Shown in pieces: positions 1 through 9,283 of a stretch of 64,000 bases of DNA. Numbering within the stretch: position 1 is the stretch's first letter; each line of letters starts with the position of its first letter. A program made the position numbers and the translations under genes. Source of the stretch: an uncultured Thermoleophilia bacterium (GTDB taxonomy: Bacteria > Actinomycetota > Thermoleophilia > UBA2241); the NCBI GenBank assembly GCA_963700035.1, contig CAVOWE010000018.1, forward strand, positions 32,731 through 96,730, read 5' to 3'. The notes beneath the pieces are model-generated. The model ran no database searches, was not told where the DNA came from, and worked only from the letters and a program-made list of their open reading frames with translations.

Positions 1-992
1 ACCGCCCAGTTGGGGTACAGCGCAGCGAGCTCCGTATAGCTCGTGACCTCCGTCCCCGCGAAGGAGATGGGAGTCGAGAAGTTCGGGATCGCGTAGCTGA
101 CGCCCACGAGCAGGATGAAGCCGGCGATCATCGAGACCCAGATGGACCGCACGATGCCCTTCGCCGCCTGGACGTTGGCCGATATCGTCTCCTCGGACAC
201 GTGGGCCGAGGCGTCGTAGCCGGTGAACGTGTACTGGGCGTTCAGCATGCCGAGAGCGATGATGTAGAGCGGCACCGTCCACCCCGAGAGCCCCTTGAAC
301 GCGTTCCACCCCTCGCTCCCGAACATGAACGAGACCGAGTTGTGGGTCGAGCCGTCGGCGGGCCCCCAGTACAGGATGGACGACGATGATCGCGACACCG
401 ATGAGGTGCCAGTAGACCGAGACGTCGTTGAGCAGGGCCACCAGGCGGACGTTGAAGGTGTTCAGGAGGCCCTGCAGGAAGAGGATGACGGCCAGGATGC
501 CGAGGACGTGCCCGGGCGAGAGCCAGTACACTTCGCCGGTCAATTCGGCAAGGAGGGCCGCGACCATGAGAACGCGCAGCCGAAGCTGATGCCGGCCGTG
601 ACGGCGACCTGCCCCAGCAGGTTGAACCAGCCGGTGAACCACGACCACCAGGGCCCGCTCTTGCCGGGCGCCAGCTTGGCCGACCAGTAGTAGAGGCCGC
701 CGGCCGTCGGGTAGGCCGAGCAGATCTCGGCCATCGACAGGCCGGCGAAGATGACCATCACGCCGACGAACAGCCAGCCCCAGTTCATGACCGGCGGGCC
801 GCCGTGGTGCAGGCCGTACTGGTATACGGTTAGGCAGCCCGACAGGATGGAGATGATGGTGAAGGAGATGGCGAAGTTGGAGAAGCCGCTCATCTTCCTG
901 TCGAGCTCTTGGGCGTAGCCCATCTCGTGGAGGCGTTGGGTATCCTCGTCTACTTGTTGGACCGGTGGTGATGCGGAGCCCTGTTCGACCAC
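1..992 (-). pseudogene. APC-superfamily amino-acid/choline-type permease. The 3' end lies beyond the window start. The frame is broken twice as sequenced.
   Basis: ORF 540..992 gives a typical APC N-terminus (FSNFAISFTIISILSG, AYPTAGGLYYWSAKL, FNLLGQVAVTAGISFG). Manual minus-strand translation continues the protein in other frames (LMVAALLAELTGEVYWLSPGHVLGILAVILFLQGLLNTFNVRLVALLNDVSVYWHLIGV, then ILYWGPADGSTHNSVSFMFGSEGWNAFKGLSGWTVPLYIIALGMLNAQYTFTGYDASAHVSEE). This implies frame changes near 570 and 378. Confidence 0.8.
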
Positions 993-1162
993 GTTAACCC
1001 CCCCCTGTTCGACGACGCGTCCAACGGACGCATGACTTGAATGCCATTTAGTACGAGCGAGCCATCGAAGTCAAGGGTCTTGGGCTCGCGGGGCTGCGAG
1101 CGAACGTGCGTGCGCGTCGCACTGCAGCCTGAGCGCGCCCCCGCCCCTCGCAGATCGGCCCC

Positions 1163-1795
1163 CTACTTCCCCAGCAGCGCGTCGATCTTCTTGACCCCGT
1201 CGCTGGCGTCCTCGGCGTAGGCGTCGGCGCCGATCTGGTCGGCCCAGCGCTGCGTGCAGGGGGCGCCGCCGACCACGGTCTTGTAGGCGAGGCCCTCGTC
1301 CTTCACGGTCTTGATGACCTTGCGCTGCTCCTCCATGGTGGTGGTCAGCAGGGCGCTCATGCCGATCACGTCGGCGTTCTCCTCCTTGGCCCTGGCGATG
1401 AAGCTCGCCGCGGGCACGTCGCGGCCGAGGTCGCTGACCTCGTAGCCGTTGGCCTTGAGGTAGGCGATCACGATGGCCTTGCCGATGTCGTGCACGTCGC
1501 CCTGCACGGTGCCGATGACGATGCGCCCCTTGACCTCGGCGGCCTCGCCCTCGAGGGCGGCGTTGGTCACCTCGGTGGCCCCGGCCATGGCGTCGGCGCT
1601 CATCATCAGCTCGGGGAGGAAGAGCTCGCCGGACTCGAAGAGCTCGCCGACCTCCTGGATGCCCTTGACGAAGCCCTTGGCCATGATCTCGCCGGGGGCG
1701 ATGCCCTGGTCGAGGGCGCGCTGCGCGACCTCTTCGGCGGCGGCGCGGTCACTGGTGATGATCGCCTGGGCTGCTTCTTCGTAGATGTCGGCCAT
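1163..1795 (-). CDS. Cobalamin-binding corrinoid protein of a methyltransferase system (MtbC/MttC/MtmC-like)
   Basis: 210-aa ORF with the B12-binding DxHxxG signature (GDVHDIGK), followed by MSALLTTT and VVGGAP. It has an N-terminal helical cap region. The stop codon is TAG. Confidence 0.9.
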   Translation of the reverse strand: MADIYEEAAQAIITSDRAAAEEVAQRALDQGIAPGEIMAKGFVKGIQEVGELFESGELFLPELMMSADAMAGATEVTNAALEGEAAEVKGRIVIGTVQGDVHDIGKAIVIAYLKANGYEVSDLGRDVPAASFIARAKEENADVIGMSALLTTTMEEQRKVIKTVKDEGLAYKTVVGGAPCTQRWADQIGADAYAEDASDGVKKIDALLGK

Positions 1796-2043
1796 GCCTT
1801 GGACTCCTCTCCCCGTTGTGCGGGCACAAGCCCGCCTGTCCGTCGCCGTATATCTCTCGCGCGCGCATGGAGCGTGGTCCGCGCCTGCCGGCCTCTACCC
1901 ATTGCCGGCCGATGGTCGTATAGTCTGAGATGCGCTGCTCCGGACCGCGCTCCACCTCTTCGGGAGCTGCGCAGCTCGTCGGGCGTTGCGGCGTGCGGCA
2001 GTCAAACTAGCACGTTCGCGCACGTTATCAAACAAAGTCGCAC

Positions 2044-2071
2044 TTGACGCCGCGCCAGTCGAGCCTATGAT
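2044..2071 (+). promoter_or_regulatory. Candidate sigma70-type promoter (TTGACG, 16 nt spacer, TATGAT)
   Basis: TTGACG at 2044..2049 and TATGAT at 2066..2071 lie in a locally AT-richer patch of the 640-nt divergent intergenic region. If used, it implies a leader of about 360 nt before the ATG at 2435. Confidence 0.3.
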
Positions 2072-2434
2072 GAGCTTTGATTTTGTTCGATTCTGCCGAT
2101 TCGGGAATCACGTGGGGGGCAGTGCTCGAACCACTCTCATCGTTTGAGGCACATGGCACGGAGTCGTCCGCCGGTCGAGGACGTCGCGACCTACCGCGCC
2201 CCAGCCTCCAGCCACCCCATGTCACCGCACAAGACGACCGCCACGGTGCGCGCTCCGGGCGGCCGCTCTCGACTGCCACCCGGATGCCCGGGTCGCACGC
2301 GAGACGGCCGTCGGCTTGCTGCGCCCACCCGGACGGCCCGCGCAGCCGCGGGGCCTCATGGAGCACCCTCCGGTGCTGAAAGGAGCGAGACGACACATGG
2401 ATACACACGTGAGCGCAGGGCGAAGGAGGCCGAC

Positions 2435-3383
2435 ATGAGCGTGCGGCTCTTCTTCGCCACGGACGTGCACGGCTCGGAGGCCTGCTGGCGGAAGTTCATC
2501 AACTCCGGCAAGCACTACGAGGCAGACGTCCTCATCCTCGGCGGCGACATGACCGGCAAGGCGGTCGTGCCGATCATCGACAACGGCGGCGGCAAGTACA
2601 CGTTCCACATGCAGGACGTGCGTCGCGACATCGACGGCGCCGACGCGCTGGCCGTCGATCAGCGCGCGATCCGCGATCACGGCTACTACCCCGTGGTCAT
2701 GACTCCCGAAGAGAGAAACGAGTTCACCAGCGACCCCGACAAGCTCGACGAGCTCTTCCACGCGCAGATGCGCCGCACCGTCGAGGAGTGGGTCGCCTGG
2801 GCCGACGAGCGTCTGGCCGGCGGGAACATGCGCTGCATCGTGTGCCCCGGTAACGACGACCGCCCCGACATCGACGAGACTGCTCGCCACTTCTTCGCAG
2901 ATCGAGCTCGGCGAGGGCAACGTCATCGACCTGCCCGAGGGGTACCAGCTCGCCTCCAGCGGCTGGACCAACCTCACGCCCTGGGACACGCCGCGCGAGG
3001 AGGAGGAGCCGGCGCTCAAGGCGCGCATCGAAGGCATCGTCGCGCAGGCCACCGTGAGCCCCGACCGCCTCGTCCTCGGCCTGCATTGCCCACCCTACGA
3101 CACGCAGCTCGACGTGGCGCCGAAGATCGATTGGGAGACGCTCACGGTGAAGGGGCAGGACGTCGCCCATGTAGGCTCCACCGCCGTCAAGGAGGTGATC
3201 GAACAGGTCCAGCCGATCCTCTCGCTCCACGGGCACATCCACGAGAGTCGCGCGGCCGTGCGCATCGGGAGCACGCTCGCGATCAACCCCGGGAGCTCGT
3301 ACGTCGAGGGCACGCTGTCCGGCTGCATCGTCGAGCTCGACGGCAAGAAGAAGCTGAAGCGCTACAGGCTCACGATGGGGTGA
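2435..3383 (+). pseudogene. Calcineurin-like metallophosphoesterase with one frame change as sequenced
   Basis: GAAGGAGG RBS lies 5 nt upstream of the ATG at 2435. Motifs present are FATDVHGS, GGDMTGK, CPGNDD and LHGHIHES. The frame switches from frame 2 to frame 0 near 2879 (DIDE / LLATSSQIELGEGNVIDLPEGY). Confidence 0.8.
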
Positions 3384-3465
3384 GGGTGACTTCGAGCCTG
3401 CTGTAAGTGGGGGGACGGCGCTCTTGTTGTCGTCCGGAACCGTTTTGTGTCAGGAGGTTGCGTCT

Positions 3466-5221
3466 ATGGCGACCAATGCGCCAGAGCAAACGCTCTTCGT
3501 GCGAAAAGCAAGTGGTCTTGTCAAAGGCTGGTCGAGTGGGGACGGCTTCCGCTACTCGTTCTTCTCGGTCAACCTGTTCCTCGCGATCTGGTCGATCTCG
3601 TACGCCACATTCATCCCGGGTGGCAGTCTGTTCTGGTCGATCGTCATCACCGCGGCGTTCATCATCCTCGAGATCATCGTGTACGCGGGTCTCATCTCGG
3701 CGATGCCGCGCGCCGGTGGCGACTACGTGTGGATGACGCGTATCTTCAACAGCGCGATCGGCTTCATCATCGCCGCTGTAGGCTGGTGGTTCATCCTCTG
3801 GCTCTGGACGCCGATCTACGCCGACATGGGCGTCCAGACCACGGTCAAACCGATCTTCCGCATCCTCGGCCTCAATGGGGCGGCAGATTGGCTGGGTACC
3901 CGCACGGGCATCTTCGTGGCCTCGCTGGTGGTCATCGCCATCGCCTCGACACTCGTGGCCGTAGGCATGAAGACCTATGCCAAGTTCCAGAAGTGGGCGA
4001 TGTGGATCGGCCTCGCCGGCGTGATCATCTGCGGCATCCTGCTGCTCGTCACCTCCGGTGCCTCCTTCAAGGAGAAGTTCAACGCCGCCGCCGAGAAGTA
4101 CTACGGCGGCGACAATCGGCACGCTCAATCTCACAGAAGTACGAGACCGACGAGTCCGGCTACTTCGTCTACGACGACGACGGTCTTGCCATCAATACCG
4201 TGGAGGGCGAGACCTACCCCGACGCGTTCGCGGCGGTCGAGGCGGTCGGCTCGGGTACTGGCATGCCGACGTCGACCTTCGCCGGTGGCCTGAGCTGGGC
4301 CACCTGGACGCTCATCCCGTTCATGATGTTCTGGATGGCGTGGCCGAACTGGGGGGCGACGCTGTACGGCGAGGTCCGAGGGGCCAAGGACTTCCGCAAG
4401 AACATCTACATGATGCTCGGCGGGCTCCTGGTGCCGACGGCCATCACCTTGGCCTTCCTGGGGTTGATGACCTGGAAGGTGGGCTACCAGGCGTTCATGG
4501 GCATGATGGCCTCGTGGTGGTACTACTCCACGGCGGGTACCAACATCTCGCCGATCGGTGGCGACTACATCTCGCCGACGGCGATGATCTCCTGGATCGT
4601 CCCCAACGCGGCGTTCCAGATCATCCTCATCGCCGGCATCTCGCTGCTGCTCTTCGGCTGGTTCGGCACGCTCTTCCTCTCGTCGACGCGCATGATCTTC
4701 GCGTCCGCGTTCGACCGCATCCTGCCTGAGGGCGCGGCGAAGGTGACCTCCGGCGGCGTGCCGGTCGTCGCCCTTGTGCTGATGACCATCCCGTCGATCA
4801 TCATGGCGGCGCCTCTACGCCTACACGCCGATCGATGCCGAGAAGGGCGTCACCATCGTCAAGCTGTTCACCTACGACGCGACGGTGGGCATCCTGATCA
4901 TGTTCCTGGGCTCTGCCCTCGCCTTCATGATCATGAAATGGCGGGCGCAAGAGCATCTGGGACAGCTCCTCGCTGCCCAAGAGCGGCATCGCCGGCATCC
5001 CCTGGATGTCCATCATCGCCGCAATCTACTCGGCGTTCCTGGTGTTCAACCTCTACCTGTTCGTCACGGACGCGCTCTACGGCGTGAACAACTCGAAGTC
5101 CGCCATCTTCATGGCGATCCTGTACGTGGCCGCGCTCGTCATCTGGATCATCGCCTGGGCGACGCGCAAGCGCCAGGGCATGGCCCTCGAGGCGGTCGCC
5201 AAGGAGATCCCGGTCGAGTAA
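3466..5221 (+). pseudogene. APC-superfamily permease with three frame changes as sequenced
   Basis: AGGAGG RBS precedes the ATG at 3466. Multi-TM APC-like sequence (MPRAGGDYVWMTRIF, MFWMAWPNWGATLYGEVRGAKDF, LFLSSTRMIFASAFDRILPE) can be followed through frames 1, 0, 1 and 2, with switches near 4117, 4810 and 4945. The gene ends at a TAA at 5219. Confidence 0.8.
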
Positions 5222-5264
5222 GGGACGCTCCTAAGCACCACAGACACCGGTCGCTTCGACGGTA

Positions 5265-5300
5265 CCGGCGGCGGCCCGGCCTTGGCCGGGCCGCCGCCGG
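5265..5300 (+). terminator. GC-rich perfect hairpin downstream of the permease gene
   Basis: CCGGCGGCGGCCCGGCC pairs with GGCCGGGCCGCCGCCGG (about 16-17 bp). No clear U-tract follows. Confidence 0.45.
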
Positions 5301-5347
5301 GTCTGTGAGACAGAGAGAACGACGCGAGCAAAGGAGGCCGCGCATTC

Positions 5348-6751
5348 ATGAAGATCTTGACGCGAATGGGCGACAGCTCCAACGTGGAACTCACGCTGGA
5401 CGAGCTGCGCAGAGAGTTTGAGGAGGGATCGGAGTTCGCCGCCAAGAAGGCCAAGGTCCCGGTCCTCACGGAGAACGAGGTCGACTACCTCGTCGACATG
5501 TTCGCCGCCCCCACGCGCATCTGGGGCTGCCAGCGCGGCAACGAAGTCGTGATGACCAAGGACGGCTGCGTCAACGCGCTCAACTCCTCGCGGATGTCGA
5601 GCGGCGTGGTCGCGCCGGTCAACCGCGAGGTCGGCGTGCGCCTCTTCGAGTCGATGCTCGGCTTCGACTCCATGGAGGTCTCGCACAACGACTACTCGGT
5701 GAAGCCCCAGCGGTTCCTCAAGGCGCTCGAGATGCTCCACGTCGAGCTGCTCATGGAGACGACGATCTTCCCGCTCCTCTACGGCTTCATGCCGAACCTG
5801 GGGCTGTACTACCGCCCGGACGGGTCGTTCGAGAACCCGAGCGACCTCATGCCGTTCGGCAAGATCGCCGAGGCGCGCAAGACGCAGGAAGAGGCGGGCG
5901 AAGCCTGTCTCGCGGACTGCATCGAGATGAGCGACTGCATGGTCGAGATGGGCGCCGACGGCATCGACTTCGACACCGTCGCGTCCACCGGCGACGCCGA
6001 GTTCTACGCCGTCCTCAAGGCCTGCGATCACGTCGCCAACGAGACCGGCCTGCCGGTCGAGATCGGCATGTCGGCAGAGATGGTGCTCGGCTTCCACGGC
6101 GAGCTCGAGTACAACGGCAAGCGCCTCGCCGGCATGTGGGCGCACGAGCAGCTGCAGATCTGTGAGGAGGCCGGCTGCGCCATCTTCGGCCCGGTCTCCA
6201 ACACCAACACCAGGAAGACCGTCCCGTGGAACCTCGGCAAGGCGCTGACCTTCATCAAGGCCTGCACCGAGATCGCCAAGATCCCCGTCCACCCCAACGT
6301 GGGCATGGGCGTCGGCGGCGTGCCGATGTTCGAGACCCCGGCCGTCGACGTCGTGACGCGCTGCAGCGCCGCGATGATCGAGATCGGCAAAGCGGACGGG
6401 TTGTAGGTGGGTACTGGTGACCCCGCCGGCATGCACATCGCGCATCTGCTGGCCTCGTCGATGGGTGGGATCCGGGCCGCCGGAGATCTGGTGGCAAGGA
6501 TGCAGCTCAGCAAGAAGATGAGGATCACGGAAGCCAAGCAGTATGTGGCCGACAAGCTCCACGTGACGCCGCTCGACCTGTCCGACCCGACGATGATGCG
6601 CCAGCTCCGCGAGGATCTGGACATCGGCGTGATCACGGGCGTGCCGGGCATCGCCAAGGGCCTCGCAGCCAAGGCGCGTATCGCCGAGCTGCTCGACATC
6701 GAGATCAACTGCGTCGAGCAGTTCAAGAAGAAGACCGGGCTCCACTACTAG
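5348..6751 (+). CDS. mtbB: Dimethylamine:corrinoid methyltransferase MtbB homologue, 467 codons including one in-frame UAG (predicted pyrrolysine)
   Basis: AAAGGAGG RBS precedes the ATG at 5348. ORFs 5348..6406 and 6407..6751 share one frame and are separated only by the TAG. Strong resemblance to remembered MtbB blocks ([83 protein letters not shown]). Confidence 0.9.
6404..6406 (+). other. In-frame TAG, predicted pyrrolysine (recoding) codon of mtbB
   Basis: Context is [26 protein letters not shown]. As I recall, archaeal MtbB reads VDGI-Pyl-IGVGDPLGMPIAHIM at this point. The protein arithmetic (352 + 1 + 114 = 467) matches canonical MtbB length. Confidence 0.85.
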
Positions 6752-6762
6752 GAGGCCCGCGA

Positions 6763-6800
6763 GGGCGGCCCTGGCGCCCTGCAGCGCGTCAGGGCCGCCC
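6763..6800. terminator. Hairpin between convergent mtbB and the kinase gene
   Basis: GGGCGGCCCTG (6763..6773) pairs with CAGGGCCGCCC (6790..6800), with a 16-nt loop. Confidence 0.4.
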
Positions 6801-6820
6801 GCTTCAGGCGCGAGCGGTGC

Positions 6821-7747
6821 TCACACCGACTCGAGCCACGCCTCGTAGTCGGCGTTGGCGGCGTTGCTCTGGAAGCGCCGCATGCGGTTCATGCCGTACT
6901 CGTAGAAGTCGAAGTCGAGCTTGGACACGCTCGCCTGGATCATCGCCCAGATGCTCCACCACAGGTCGGCGACCAGCTTGTGCAGCTGCATGCGCGCGTA
7001 GCGATGCTCGTCCATGCCGCCGCAGTAGGCGCTGAGCACGAGCTTCTCCTCGGCGACGCTGAGGGGATGTTCCACGCAGAAGTCGCCGAGGTCGAAGTAG
7101 GGGTCGGTCATGCCGCCGTACTCCCAGTCGATGATCCACATCTTGCCGTCGGGCGCCAGGAGGAAGTTCTCGCTGAGCAGGTCGTTGTGGCAGGCGGTGA
7201 AGGCCGGTGCATCGCGCTCCAGGGCCGGCTCGATGCGCCGGCCCTGCTCGAGCATCCAGTCGAGCTCCGCGGGATGCCGCGCGTTCACGTCCTGCGCCAT
7301 GCGCAGGTAGTCGCGGATCATGTCGAAGAGGCGGATCTCGTTGTCGAAGACCGCCTTCTCGTGATAGGTGCGCATCGCCGCGACGATCTTCTCGAGGCGG
7401 TCGGGGTGGCCGGCGAGCGACTCGGGGTGCATGGTCTCGCTCTGGATGAACGGGACCACCGTGCAGTCCCCGGGCTGGATGACGTGGAGCAGCGGCGGGG
7501 TGACCCCGGTGGCGGCCGCGGCGGCGTGGTTGTGCAGTTCGCGGGTGCGGTCGATGAAGGTCTCCGTACCCTCCCCGGGGATGCGCAGCACGAACCTGCC
7601 GACGCCCGCGGCGCCCGGCTCCCCGTCGACGGTGACGAGGTAGTTGCGGTTGGTGATGCCGCCGCCGAGCACCTCGCAGCGGACATCCTTGCCCCGCCAG
7701 TCGTCGATCCTCGCGATCACGTCCTCGGCGCTGATGGGCTCAGTCAT
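6821..7747 (-). CDS. Choline/ethanolamine kinase-like phosphotransferase (APH/ChoK fold)
   Basis: 308-aa ORF with GGITNRNY, the Brenner motif CHNDLLSENFLL and the ChoK-type IIDWEYGG. Confidence 0.85.
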   Translation of the reverse strand: MTEPISAEDVIARIDDWRGKDVRCEVLGGGITNRNYLVTVDGEPGAAGVGRFVLRIPGEGTETFIDRTRELHNHAAAAATGVTPPLLHVIQPGDCTVVPFIQSETMHPESLAGHPDRLEKIVAAMRTYHEKAVFDNEIRLFDMIRDYLRMAQDVNARHPAELDWMLEQGRRIEPALERDAPAFTACHNDLLSENFLLAPDGKMWIIDWEYGGMTDPYFDLGDFCVEHPLSVAEEKLVLSAYCGGMDEHRYARMQLHKLVADLWWSIWAMIQASVSKLDFDFYEYGMNRMRRFQSNAANADYEAWLESV

Positions 7748-7775
7748 GTGCGTTCCTTCGTTCGCTCGATTGCGA

Positions 7776-7833
7776 CGAAAACGGCCGGGGTCCCTCGCGC
7801 CCCCGGAGGAGCATATGCGAGGGACCCCGGCCG
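7776..7833 (-). terminator. Intrinsic terminator after the MtmB-family gene
   Basis: A perfect 17-bp stem (7782..7798 pairs with 7817..7833) is followed on the minus strand by TTTTCG. Confidence 0.65.
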
Positions 7834-7852
7834 CGTCAGCTTGTCGCCGCGG

Positions 7853-9235
7853 TCAGGAGACCGGCACCTCGAGGCCCATGCCGGCGAGGTCGCTGCGCAC
7901 GTCGTCCATGGCCTTCTGGTACTCGCTGTTCACGATCCGCTTGGTCTTGGCGTCGTAGACCTCCTGGAAGGTCATGCCCTTGTCGGGATCCTTCAGCTTG
8001 TCGCCGAAGAGCGGGAAGATCTTCTGCGCGATGGGTTCTGCCTCGGCGCGCGTCAACTTCGCCGTCGCCAGGCCGATCTCGGCGTGGAACTTGTGGTCGT
8101 CCGGCACCAGCGAATCGGACTGCACCGACATGGCCGGGTGCCCCGAGAAGATGTTGCCGCCGGAGGTCACGATGGCGAGCAGGTAGCAGGCCATCTCGTA
8201 GTGGTACTGCTTGGTGCCGGAACCGCCTCCGAGGTATGGCAGGTTGACCATCGGGTAGCCCATGTTGCGGCCGATGGCGGCGTTGCTCATGGCGATCGCC
8301 CAGATGAGCGGCTTGGTCGACGAGAGGTGCAGCTTGCTGTGCAGCGGCGCGTTGTAGTGGTAGCTGCCGCGGAAGATCAGGTTGCCCATGATCATGTAGC
8401 AGGTGGCCGTGACGGCGACGCCCTCGGCGCCGCCGGCGTAGCCGCCGAAGAGCGGCGTCGAGGTGGAGCCGATGTTGGCGCTGATGCTGTTGTAGAAGGC
8501 GACCTTCTGCAGCGCCTCGTAGCCCACCACCATCTCGGAGAGGAAGTCGATGAGGAAGCCGTCGCTGGGGCGCAGGCCGAAGGCCGGGTAGCTGGCGGCG
8601 AACATCGAGGCCGGCTGGGAGGCCGCGGAGATGCCGTTGATGATCGGCAGGCCCGCGCGGCCTGAGCGGCGGATGCCTTCGCGGGCGAGGCGCACGGTCT
8701 TGCAGGCCGCGAGGATCTCCTGCGGCGAGCGCACGCGCGAGTCCTTGCCGCGCAGATGGAGGATCGACGGTACGCTGACCGAGTCGACGATGTTGAACGA
8801 CGCCATCTTCTCGACGGTGTCCATGTACACTTGCTCGTCGGTCGTGTAGATGCCGCCGCCGACGTGCACCCACGGCCGGTCGTCGGTGGTGTCGGGGCGC
8901 CGGCCGTGCATGGTCTTGCGCTCGCGGCCTTCGCCGAAGGTCGTGGCCTTGGGCGCCTGCGAGCAGGCGAGCAGGATCTCGTCGCGCGTGAACTGCATCA
9001 CGCGGTTGGTCTCGGGGCAGTACGCGCCGGCCTCGGCGAGGAGGTCGACGGCCGCCTGGAAGACGCGGTCGGTGAGGTCGTCGTCGGTGTTGATGATGGT
9101 CTCTTTGTCCCACTTGACCTGGTGGCGCGCGATCACCTCGGTGAGCGTGGGGACGTAGCGCTTCATGTAGTAGTCGGTCTCGGAGGTCAGCGGCCCGACT
9201 TCGGCGCGGTCGAATACTTCGATCAGGTCGATCAT
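7853..9235 (-). CDS. MtmB-family (monomethylamine methyltransferase-like) protein, uninterrupted, with no in-frame UAG
   Basis: 460-aa ORF with a GAGGAG RBS. It resembles remembered MtmB blocks: FDRAEVG (MtmB YDRAKVG), PLFGGYAGGAEGVAV (PIFGGYAGGIEETTIV), and the C-terminal KGMTFQEVYDAKT...LAGMGL (GKTFQECYDVKT...LEDLGL). The region SGRAGLPIINGISAAS aligns to MtmB AGRPGMGV-Pyl-GPETSLS. Confidence 0.8.
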   Translation of the reverse strand: MIDLIEVFDRAEVGPLTSETDYYMKRYVPTLTEVIARHQVKWDKETIINTDDDLTDRVFQAAVDLLAEAGAYCPETNRVMQFTRDEILLACSQAPKATTFGEGRERKTMHGRRPDTTDDRPWVHVGGGIYTTDEQVYMDTVEKMASFNIVDSVSVPSILHLRGKDSRVRSPQEILAACKTVRLAREGIRRSGRAGLPIINGISAASQPASMFAASYPAFGLRPSDGFLIDFLSEMVVGYEALQKVAFYNSISANIGSTSTPLFGGYAGGAEGVAVTATCYMIMGNLIFRGSYHYNAPLHSKLHLSSTKPLIWAIAMSNAAIGRNMGYPMVNLPYLGGGSGTKQYHYEMACYLLAIVTSGGNIFSGHPAMSVQSDSLVPDDHKFHAEIGLATAKLTRAEAEPIAQKIFPLFGDKLKDPDKGMTFQEVYDAKTKRIVNSEYQKAMDDVRSDLAGMGLEVPVS

Positions 9236-9283
9236 GTCGTTCTCCTCAAGATGCGGGTTCGGCGGTCGGCTGCGAGGCGCCGG

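Noticed and set aside
1796-2434. A cobalamin riboswitch next to the corrinoid-protein and methyltransferase genes.
   Set aside because: I looked on both strands for the B12-box (GCCACTG-like core with flanking GGGAA/CCGGTG elements) and found nothing convincing. Only loose fragments such as GGGAATCACGTGG were present.
6407-6520. A PYLIS-like stem-loop immediately downstream of the mtbB UAG.
   Set aside because: Only short imperfect inverted repeats are present (ATGCAC..GCGCAT; GATCCGG..CCGGAGATC). There is nothing beyond what random GC-rich sequence gives, and a PYLIS requirement is not established for mtbB.
5231-6745. Long antisense ORFs overlapping well-supported genes, for example 5231..6745 (-), 8756..11452 (+), 6980..8665 (+), 51884..54439 (-), 24325..26274 (-) and 56079..58187 (+).
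   Set aside because: Their Arg/Gly/Ala/Pro/His-rich, low-complexity composition is typical of shadow frames in very GC-rich DNA. Each lies opposite a gene with clear family motifs, and none has an RBS or recognisable domain.
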